A DNA stretch of 64,000 nucleotides from NCBI GenBank assembly GCA_963674735.2, contig CAXXQS010000001.1, positions 480,001 to 544,000 of the forward strand, read 5' to 3'. The notes below the pieces were generated by a model. That model searched no databases and was not told the DNA's origin. It worked only from the letters and a program-made list of their open reading frames with translations. This document shows positions 52,979 to 61,181 of the stretch, piece after piece. Made by a program: the position numbers and the translations under genes. Source of the DNA: Myxococcota bacterium. GTDB taxonomy: Bacteria > Myxococcota_A > SURF-8. Within the stretch, counting starts at the first letter, position 1; each line of letters begins with the position of its first letter.

Positions 52979-54696
52979 CAGTCTCCCTGCGCACTTTTTA
53001 TTGCTGCGTTTATTTGTGAAGCAATCTGTAAACTGCTGGATAGCTGATATAGATCCTCCACATTGTTTATCCGAGATAGAAACTTACGAGCCACCTCTTC
53101 TCGAAAATCTTTTTCAATGACTTTCATCTCCAGCAGCCTTACAACCTCCTTGTGTAACAAATCAGATGTCACCCATGGCAGTTGCTCGTGCTTGACCGGA
53201 TCCACGTATGTATGAGCAAGATTCTTAAACCCATAGAGGGTACGGTGAGAAATGAGACCCTTTCCGATCCATTCCAGTTGCTTTTTCATCTGCGCGGCGG
53301 GATCGTTCGTCCACGGGCATGTCCAGATCGTAGGTGCTCCGGAACGCTTGTAAAGAGCAACTGTTATTTTCCCTCTTTTGGCTGTTCGCTCGGCATCGTG
53401 GGCGAGCCGCAACATATCTCCAGCCATGGGCGTGAGGGCGTGCACAATGGCGATGCCAACCGACAATGTTGCTCCCGATAGATGCTTCTCGAATTCTGCT
53501 TGAAGTTGTTTCGCACAGTCAAAGGCGTAATCGAGGGGCAGGTAAGCGACCACATCATCACCACCGGCGTATATCAGACTACCCAGGCAATTGGTTTCAA
53601 CGATAGTTCTTGCTTCGGCGGCAAACCTTGACAGGGCGATTGAGAAATCACGATGCTCTTTCAGCGACATGTTCTGCGCTCGTGCAGTCATGTTGTCGCC
53701 ATCGCAGGCGAGAAAGGCAAGATAAGGAGAGGGCTCTTGCCCAAGCTTTATTAACTCACTTTTGATTTTATCGAAAACACCATCAACCGGAATTTCCTTG
53801 TTAATCGTATCAAGTCGCTGCTTCATCAAGAGTTCGCCATCGAATGGAAATGCCTCAAAACGCGGTTTAAGTTGATCCGAAACCTCGACAAGCGATTTCC
53901 ACTTCGAGAGCTTATCATCAAGGTTGCTTTTTATTATGCTGGCGATCTTTTCCCGTGTTTTTTTTCGCTTATCGTTGTCCCTGCTTCCTCTAACCCAAGG
54001 ATCGACGGCAATGCGCGAAACCGATGGGTAACGCGTCTGCTCTCCTGCTCCAAGGCGCTTCACGACACCGGGCATATCCAAGTGCTCCCCCGGTTTGATG
54101 CCCCGCCAAAGTCTGTTGTTGATGATTTTTTTGTTACCCTTTTCAAGCACTGTCTCCCGGCATCCATCGAGCGAAGACTTCTGAACCTTGGATGGACCGA
54201 ACCATTGCTCGAACTCACTGGTGGCTTCACGCGCATTCAAAAGGCGCTCCACTTTTGCACGAGCAACCGGGTAGGCGGCAATATCGCCGTTACCGTCGAA
54301 TCGAACCCATGCAGAAAAAAACTCAACGAGGTTTTCGTCTTCGAGTTGTTTCTTCCATGTTTCCTGTTTGATGCCGATTGAATCACCATGCTTCTGTAGG
54401 ATATTCCTTGCGAATTCACGCCAACAGGTAACGGCGACATTGCAGCCGATAGCAGAAGCATCGGCGGGGTCGACACCATCGTTGAGATGCAGTAATATTC
54501 TATCGGAAACCGGTGAGTCATCTTCGAAGCTGGCAGGCACAACGGGCTCAGCCCCTAAATCGATGATGGCTTTGGCCGCCTTGCGCGCCATTTGTGCCAC
54601 GAACCATGAACTGAAATGCAAATCGCGCGTACGCCTGGAGGCCTTGATAAAATCGAACACGGGACCCACAGAAAACATGAAAAGGTGACGGCTCAT
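52978..54696 (-). CDS. cas10: type III-B Cas10/Cmr2, HD-less, intact Palm2 GGDD
   Basis: begins at SVGPV.DFI..SRRTRDL (no HD domain); DGDNM, IYAGGDDV and TLSVGIAIVH motifs. Confidence 0.95.
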   Translation of the reverse strand: MSRHLFMFSVGPVFDFIKASRRTRDLHFSSWFVAQMARKAAKAIIDLGAEPVVPASFEDDSPVSDRILLHLNDGVDPADASAIGCNVAVTCWREFARNILQKHGDSIGIKQETWKKQLEDENLVEFFSAWVRFDGNGDIAAYPVARAKVERLLNAREATSEFEQWFGPSKVQKSSLDGCRETVLEKGNKKIINNRLWRGIKPGEHLDMPGVVKRLGAGEQTRYPSVSRIAVDPWVRGSRDNDKRKKTREKIASIIKSNLDDKLSKWKSLVEVSDQLKPRFEAFPFDGELLMKQRLDTINKEIPVDGVFDKIKSELIKLGQEPSPYLAFLACDGDNMTARAQNMSLKEHRDFSIALSRFAAEARTIVETNCLGSLIYAGGDDVVAYLPLDYAFDCAKQLQAEFEKHLSGATLSVGIAIVHALTPMAGDMLRLAHDAERTAKRGKITVALYKRSGAPTIWTCPWTNDPAAQMKKQLEWIGKGLISHRTLYGFKNLAHTYVDPVKHEQLPWVTSDLLHKEVVRLLEMKVIEKDFREEVARKFLSRINNVEDLYQLSSSLQIASQINAAIKSAQGD

Positions 54697-56114
54697 AACG
54701 ACACCTTCTTACCATCTGTTTTTGATTTGAAATAATGGCAGAATGCCTCGGAAGCGGTCAATGCCTTCTGTTCATTCATCAATATTATTTTTTCTGCGGA
54801 ATCGGCATTCTCCATTTCTCGCCTTTTCAATGTATAATCGTGTCGATCATCGAATTCAAGTTTGACCGATCCGGGAAGATTCCAAACATGCGAAACATTA
54901 AGATTCAAGACAATGGGCAAATATGTTTGTTTGCCACCGATTTTGATGCTCATTACTTTGATTATCAATCGTGAGGCATATCGGTCTGTACCTGCAAAAG
55001 TCAGCTTTGCATTTGCTAGTTCATCCGGTCTGCCGATAAAGCGAAATTGAATAGGCAAGCCGAAATCCGCCCTAGGAAAATAGATGCGACCTGGATGGCT
55101 CGGTGTATGTCTTCCCCAATTCACCGTTGAAAATCCTTGTCGAATTTCTCTCAGTGAATCAGGTTCTGGCCAGCGGCTTCTACCCAATTTAAACCTGTTA
55201 CGCGGGTCGCTTCCCTTGTTGCGACCAACTTCTTCCCCCTGCCTGAATTCTTGAAAGAGATTGATCGCCTTTTTCCAGGCATCCTTGGCGGAATTGCAGG
55301 ATGCGCCGACATACAGATGGCTTCCGCTCAGTCGGGGCCATGGGCTTGTTTCTGAGTTGTCCGGTTTTGTAAATGCTTCGGATAGCTGATCGCAATTTTC
55401 TACGGAAAGTGCATCAAGAATTCCAGGAGGTTCGATGGATTCGAGTTCCAAGCTCCCCAATCCTCGGCGCGTTCTCGACCCATATCCTCCAAATAGAATC
55501 CATGCCTTGAGTGCTTGCGAGATCTGCTCACTCAGCCCGCTCTCGTTCGGAAAGGAAATGATCAATTTAAATCGAGCATCCTTGCGCACAAATTTCGTAG
55601 CCAACTCGTTGCCTAAATTGTCAGCCTTTCCGCGTTCTTCATTGGGTTGCTGTAATGTCCATAATGCGTAGGCCGGCCCTTCTTCAAACCTTGCAAACGC
55701 CTTGGGCGGCCCGCCACTATAATTTTGCGGATGAACGCCCGACCTTACGTATTCTCCCTCGGAAAGTACTTCCGTTTGCACGATAACTTTCGACGGCTCT
55801 CCTTCATCGTCGCCACTCGCACCGCCGAAAAGCTCACGTTCACGCACCAACAGCGCCTTATCATCTTTTTGGGTCGCTCCTGCCGTGGCGCGCCACCAAA
55901 ACCGAAGATGGCCTTTAACGGTTGAAGAACGAATCTCCGCAATCTCGGGTGTTGATCCCGCTTCGAACCCGCCGCCGAATATCGGAGTGATGACCTTAAG
56001 GTTGGCCGCGATTTCATGGTGCTTCCCGGAATATCGCTGGTCCACGTCATTGGCAATTGCGCTAGGATCCAACTGTAGGCCGGGACCGTTGACCGGAGTT
56101 CGGAAAGGCGACAT
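54693..56114 (-). CDS. cmr1: type III-B RAMP protein Cmr1
   Basis: ITPIFGGG, KGHLRFWWRA, FGGYGSRTRRGLG, SRWPEPD and FGLPI motifs; start could be 56165. Confidence 0.93.
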   Translation of the reverse strand: MSPFRTPVNGPGLQLDPSAIANDVDQRYSGKHHEIAANLKVITPIFGGGFEAGSTPEIAEIRSSTVKGHLRFWWRATAGATQKDDKALLVRERELFGGASGDDEGEPSKVIVQTEVLSEGEYVRSGVHPQNYSGGPPKAFARFEEGPAYALWTLQQPNEERGKADNLGNELATKFVRKDARFKLIISFPNESGLSEQISQALKAWILFGGYGSRTRRGLGSLELESIEPPGILDALSVENCDQLSEAFTKPDNSETSPWPRLSGSHLYVGASCNSAKDAWKKAINLFQEFRQGEEVGRNKGSDPRNRFKLGRSRWPEPDSLREIRQGFSTVNWGRHTPSHPGRIYFPRADFGLPIQFRFIGRPDELANAKLTFAGTDRYASRLIIKVMSIKIGGKQTYLPIVLNLNVSHVWNLPGSVKLEFDDRHDYTLKRREMENADSAEKIILMNEQKALTASEAFCHYFKSKTDGKKVSL

Positions 56115-56292
56115 AACTAACCCCAACGATAGGTTTTGGAAAGCTGGAATTGATTGACTTCTCAACTGTACATTCTATTTATCATATTCAAAATGGCGTT
56201 TGCAAGATTATTCTTATGCATTTTAATCCAATTGCTTTAGTCTGCAAAACAACAAACCACTAGAGTCACGCAACAAGTCACCTACCGGGCGA

Positions 56293-57795
56293 TTAAATAT
56301 CATCATTTTTCAATATCATTCCCGCTTCTCTCGGATCGAAATCTTCAGGAAAGATTGTAGCACGAATTTCAGATTCGGTGTTTGGGTATATGATTTCAGA
56401 GTTATAAATCGCACCCTTTAGTTGAGCAGACTTAAAGTGCACCACACCTGAAAGATTTGCACCCCTTAAGTCCGCTTTCTCCAGATACGAATTGGTGAGT
56501 TCCGCCCCTTCCATATTGGCGTCTGATAAATCAGCACCATTCAGTAGCGCTCTCTGTAATTTACAGCCTTTCATGATGGCTCCTTGCAGAATGGCATTCT
56601 CAAGTTGAGCCTCTTGTAGGTTCGCCCTATCCAAACAAGACCCGCTAAGATCAGTATTCATTAGTTTGGCATTTACCAGCTTCGCATCTTCGAGGTGTAT
56701 GCGCTCCAGTTTCGCACTTTGGAGGTCTTTTCCCGAGAGATCAACACCTTTGAAATGAGCATCACGAAAATCTACCTCTTTAAATACAGCTTCTTTTAAA
56801 TCTACATTTTCCAGGGTTGCCTTGTTAAAGAAAGCATTTTCTAAGTTAGCTCCTCTGAAATCTACGTTTTTAAACTTTGCCCCAATTAGTTCGGCTCTTT
56901 GCAAGTGTGTTTTTTGCAATTCTACGTTTTCTAAAACAGCATTTATAAAAAACGCCCTTTCCAAGTGGGCATCATTCATTGTTGACTCTCTCACGTTCGC
57001 ATTATTGAATGAAGCACTTTCTAAACGGGCACGGTCCAAATACGATTTGTGCAAACAAGCCGAATGAAAACTTGCTCCTCCAAGGTTGGAATCTCCAAAA
57101 TCAACGCTACTGAAACTTGAATTTGATAAGTTAGCATTTCGTAAATAAGTACCGCGCAAGTCAACAATTTGCTTGTTTCTATCAGCAAATTTTAAACTCT
57201 TATCTCCAAGAAGAGTCAAAGCCGCTTGCACCTCTGCTTTAGGCGGCATACTTGATTCTTCATCTATTAAGCCAGACAGTCCATTGATGGCATCTTGCCA
57301 AGGCACAGTCGCTCGGATAAATGCCGATAGATATTCAACGATTATCTTACTATCACCAGGTGAGTCTTTTGCTATTCGCTCAAATTGTAGGATAGCCCCG
57401 ATTTTAGTTATAGGCTCTTGGTCTCCCAATAGCTCAAACGTTTTTGCCAAACGTTCTATAATAAGTCTTTTCTTCTCTTGCTCTACAGTATGCTTGTGCT
57501 TTTCCGCTGCAAGATTTGCGTTCGTTTGGGCGATATCTATTTCTTCATCCTTGTGCTTCACCCTCCAGATCCAAGTCAGAATTAGAGAGGGTGAAGCGGC
57601 AATGCCCGAAATCAGCACCCAAGCTTTCGCGTCAATCAGAAAACAGTACAGTGAGTCAAAGTTGACAACGTAGCTATATACTATGCAAGGAGCAACAACG
57701 AGAATGGCTCCAGTCACAGCCATGCAGATGATCCAACATGTCCTAGATTGTCCATTTCGTGTTTTAGATTCTGAAGATTCTAGATTCTCTTGCAT
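56293..57795 (-). CDS. membrane-anchored pentapeptide-repeat protein
   Basis: 2 N-terminal TM, coiled coil, helical IGAILQFERIAKDS..LSAFIR domain, then a long A(D/N)Lxx repeat tract; AT-rich; alternative start TTG 57825. Confidence 0.88.
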   Translation of the reverse strand: MQENLESSESKTRNGQSRTCWIICMAVTGAILVVAPCIVYSYVVNFDSLYCFLIDAKAWVLISGIAASPSLILTWIWRVKHKDEEIDIAQTNANLAAEKHKHTVEQEKKRLIIERLAKTFELLGDQEPITKIGAILQFERIAKDSPGDSKIIVEYLSAFIRATVPWQDAINGLSGLIDEESSMPPKAEVQAALTLLGDKSLKFADRNKQIVDLRGTYLRNANLSNSSFSSVDFGDSNLGGASFHSACLHKSYLDRARLESASFNNANVRESTMNDAHLERAFFINAVLENVELQKTHLQRAELIGAKFKNVDFRGANLENAFFNKATLENVDLKEAVFKEVDFRDAHFKGVDLSGKDLQSAKLERIHLEDAKLVNAKLMNTDLSGSCLDRANLQEAQLENAILQGAIMKGCKLQRALLNGADLSDANMEGAELTNSYLEKADLRGANLSGVVHFKSAQLKGAIYNSEIIYPNTESEIRATIFPEDFDPREAGMILKNDDI

Positions 57796-57867
57796 CGTAT
57801 TCTTATCCTTTAGAATATCACCCAATCACATAGTCTGTTACATATGCTTGCTTGGTGCTGTCTTGTT

Positions 57868-58263
57868 ATTTCCATACCCAGTCTGACTGACCATAGCTAT
57901 GACTGCCGAATTTGTTGCTGTATAAGCAGTACTCCTTGGTTTCCATACCCAGTCTGACTGACCATAGCTATGACGATACTCCGCTTGGAGGTACCGACTA
58001 TTCGCGTTGGTTTCCATACCCAGTCTGACTGACCATAGCTATGACACTTCTACGGATAGAGGGTGCGACGGCACCATCGAAGTTTCCATACCCAGTCTGA
58101 CTGACCATAGCTATGACTTTGGTAGTAGTATTAATCGTCATCGGGCTTTAAGAGTTTCCATACCCAGTCTGACTGACCATAGCTATGACGTCTTTGCCGC
58201 TGTTCCTTCCTGGGATGGCGCTACCTGGTTTCCATACCCAGTCTGACTGACCATAGCTATGAC
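57868..58263 (-). CRISPR. CRISPR array 3: 6 repeats, 5 spacers (plus a degenerate repeat at about 57820-57841)
   Basis: variant repeat GTCATAGCTATGG... (C5>T) in all six copies. Confidence 0.97.
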
Positions 58264-58630
58264 TCTGGCTTTGTAAAGACTGGGAACCGTTGGGCTTTCA
58301 GACCGGGTTTGACAAGTCACCCCTCAAAATCCACTCACTATAGCCGTCAGACCGGAAAAAATGGGGTGCAGCAAAACTTTGGCACAAGCTAATCTCTTGT
58401 TTTCAAAGAGCTTTTCCAATTTGACAAGTCTCCAGCATGAAAACGAGCCGCCAAAGATGCTTTATCTAGTGAAGATTATAGGAGATTATGCCTGTTGCAC
58501 GACTTTTGCAAGCGAAATATTCCGCAGACTTGTCAAATAATTATCGAACATTCAATAATGCTCAATGATATCAAGGGGTCGCACGACAGCTTAAAGTTAT
58601 TCCATATAAGATCTATTTCTGTTGCACCCC
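58264..58630 (-). promoter_or_regulatory. CRISPR leader copy 3
   Basis: near-identical to the other leaders; distal end overlaps the DMT gene stop codon. Confidence 0.9.
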
Positions 58631-59539
58631 TAATTTGCTGAGCACCGCGCCAAGTATCAGCAGAGTGCATCCTGTAATCACGGGCCAGGTCAGAGTGACA
58701 TTCAGGTACCATCCCGTAAAAATGGTGGAGCTTGCCGGGAGTAAATAGCTTAGCGCTGCTAAAAGGATGTGGTTGCCTCTGCTCATCCCTCTTTGCCAGA
58801 ACATGTAACCGAGCAGTGTCGGTCCAATCGCGATATAGAGCGTTAGACAGATCGCTTCGATGTTCCATACCGGACACGGGCCGATTCCAAGCTGAACCAG
58901 GAACAACACGCCGCTTGTCAGGAGCATGAACAGCGGCAGACCTCCGAAAAGCCCGTAAACAGGCAGAGCTCTGACAAAATTGGAATACAAGGCCCAAGAA
59001 ATAGCGGCAACGAACATAAGGCCGAAAGCAAGCGGCGCTTGCAAAAAGCCACTAAGTATGCCGGTGCTGTCAACACCTTTCATGGTTGCAAGTGCCGATC
59101 CGGATATACCCAAAATGACCCCGGGCAGCAACAACCGCCATCGCGCCCGGTTGTGTTGGAGAGGAATGGAGAAGAGCAATAGGAGAGAAGGCCAGAGATA
59201 GTTGATCAAACCCAGCAAAACGTCCGTTTCGTGGGAGGGGGAGACGGAAAATGCAAGGTTGAGGAAGGCAAAATAGGTCAGAAAGCAAAGCCCGCCTTTA
59301 AGAAGGAACGATTTCGGGAGCAAAAACGGCTTGGAGAAGGAACGCGTGTAAAAAGCCTCGATTAAAAAGAGAACGATGCCGGATATGCAACACGGGATCG
59401 CTACCGATAAAAAGGGGCCGATTTTTCCAACAAGAGAAGAATTAATCGCTATCGTCGTGGACCAGAGCAGCAATCCGACCAGCCCCCACAAAGTGGCGCT
59501 GATAGAGGGCTTTTTTCCGATTCCCCATTGTTCGGTCAT
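58613..59539 (-). CDS. DMT/EamA family transporter (YddG-like)
   Basis: ATLWGLVGLLLWST, LINYLWP, WALYS and LSYLLP motifs; about 10 TM. Confidence 0.88.
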   Translation of the reverse strand: MTEQWGIGKKPSISATLWGLVGLLLWSTTIAINSSLVGKIGPFLSVAIPCCISGIVLFLIEAFYTRSFSKPFLLPKSFLLKGGLCFLTYFAFLNLAFSVSPSHETDVLLGLINYLWPSLLLLFSIPLQHNRARWRLLLPGVILGISGSALATMKGVDSTGILSGFLQAPLAFGLMFVAAISWALYSNFVRALPVYGLFGGLPLFMLLTSGVLFLVQLGIGPCPVWNIEAICLTLYIAIGPTLLGYMFWQRGMSRGNHILLAALSYLLPASSTIFTGWYLNVTLTWPVITGCTLLILGAVLSKLGVQQK

Positions 59540-59798
59540 TGCATCCTGCTCAGAACCGTTTTCTCGGACATTGCATGTTTATCCTTCGGCGCAGCATGTT
59601 TCCGTACAAAAGAAAAATAGCCTTCGTTGTCGCTATTATGAGAGAACGTATACTGAATAGCCTGTCGGGATCATTCCGCCATTTGTAAACGATTCTGCCT
59701 ATTTCCTGCCCTGTGATCCTATTTGAGGGAACCTTTTTCGTCAAGCAATCTTCTTTTGGGCGGCTTTCCAACTTCCAAGCTAAAGAGCTTAATCGAGT

Positions 59799-60260
59799 CT
59801 ACAACAACCCATTCCCATCCACCTCCACTCCCGCTGCTCTCAATTCACGAATCAGGTTGATTTTCCACGCCCCTTCAGGCGTGTATTTGGCGAAGAGCAC
59901 GCCCCGATAATTTGATGGTATCTCAACATTTCCCTTGAATAGCGCCACCACCCGGTTTCGCCCGAGTTTGCCGATAAAGTAGCCAAGCTCAAAAAGCACG
60001 TTCTGGCGTGCCCTTGGGAACAGCTCGCCCTCCTGCCCTTTCAAGCAGGCCAGATCGTCAGGCGTCAGCAGGATCACGGCGAAATCGACATCGGCGTGTC
60101 GTTCAAACTTTTCGATGATCGTTTTCCCTTCGTTCGGAAGCTCCTGCAAGATAATCGGCGACAGCTTCATCTTTTCGAGAAAGCGGGCTACGGATTCCAA
60201 AATCTCGTTGTCTTTGCCGTGGGAAATGAAAACGCGGTGGTTTATTTGGGGTTGATTCAT
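59799..60260 (-). CDS. stand-alone TIR-like nucleotide-binding protein (CAP12/Pycsar TIR type)
   Basis: VFISHG, TIIEKFE, FAVILLTPDD and RARQNVLFELGYF (catalytic Glu) motifs. Confidence 0.88.
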   Translation of the reverse strand: MNQPQINHRVFISHGKDNEILESVARFLEKMKLSPIILQELPNEGKTIIEKFERHADVDFAVILLTPDDLACLKGQEGELFPRARQNVLFELGYFIGKLGRNRVVALFKGNVEIPSNYRGVLFAKYTPEGAWKINLIRELRAAGVEVDGNGLL

Positions 60261-60296
60261 TGGCGATGATTGACGATCTCATTTTAGCAGGCGTTC

Positions 60297-61160
60297 TCAA
60301 TCCAGCAAGCCCCGCTTGCTTCCGCTCGGAAGGCTCCAGACTGGATCTGCGAAGAGATTGCCTTCGGCGACTTCCTTCATGGTCGCAAAGTAGAACATTT
60401 TTCGGAATCCCTGCCCCTTGGCGCAGGCGAGCAGGTTGTGCTTGTTTTCCTCGCCTTTTGTTGTAACCACCAGCACGCGGAAGCCTTTGAAGCGGCATTG
60501 GTAGCTTCGTTCGATACTTCGGATGATATGGTGGCCGCGAAAGACCTTCTGAAGCGCTTTGTATTTCGACATTTTGAAGCGAAACGAGCGGGTCACGGAC
60601 TGGGAAGCGAGTGGGTTGATGATCGCCGTGTGGTTCACGATCTCCACGAAGAACAGGTTAGCCTCTCCATCGAAGCGAACGACCTGCGTGTAATCGGGTT
60701 CGATAGCGACGATTTCCAGTCCGTTCGGTCCGTCCACCTGCACCTTGGCTCGGAAATAGCGTGGGCGGATGGGAACCACAACGCGAACACGGTCTTTCAG
60801 TTCTCCGGCGCTTCGCTCGAAATGGCTCATGAAGTCGGAGGTCGCTAGCGTGTGCCAGGGCGATTCGGTAAAGCCGCGAAAGACGGCGCTTCTAGGCGCG
60901 ATCTCGGCGACTTCGGGCAGGATCAGGCGCGCTTTTCGTTTTAGAAAATAGTAATACTGCTTTTGCCCGCGAGTAGTGGACGGAATCGGTTCGCGGTTGA
61001 GGATTCCTCTGCGAAACAGGTCAAGCAGATCTGCCTTTAATTGTGTTGCGTTCGTATAGGGTCTTTCGAAGCTCAGGGACGCGCGCAGGAGTTGCTCCGC
61101 CGTGAGTGGATAGCGGATCAACATGCGGATGATGTCGCGGTCGCGCGTTCCGATTTTCAT
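60297..61160 (-). CDS. replication-relaxation family-like protein
   Basis: N-terminal wHTH (RDRDII..LTAEQL); HTLATSDF, EPD and FFVE PD-(D/E)xK-like core; RVLVVT. Confidence 0.65.
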   Translation of the reverse strand: MKIGTRDRDIIRMLIRYPLTAEQLLRASLSFERPYTNATQLKADLLDLFRRGILNREPIPSTTRGQKQYYYFLKRKARLILPEVAEIAPRSAVFRGFTESPWHTLATSDFMSHFERSAGELKDRVRVVVPIRPRYFRAKVQVDGPNGLEIVAIEPDYTQVVRFDGEANLFFVEIVNHTAIINPLASQSVTRSFRFKMSKYKALQKVFRGHHIIRSIERSYQCRFKGFRVLVVTTKGEENKHNLLACAKGQGFRKMFYFATMKEVAEGNLFADPVWSLPSGSKRGLLD

Positions 61161-61181
61161 AGGTTCGGATTATGTGCTATA

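Noticed and set aside
40981-58263. Self-targeting spacers
   Set aside because: None noticed by eye within the window; an alignment is needed to exclude them.
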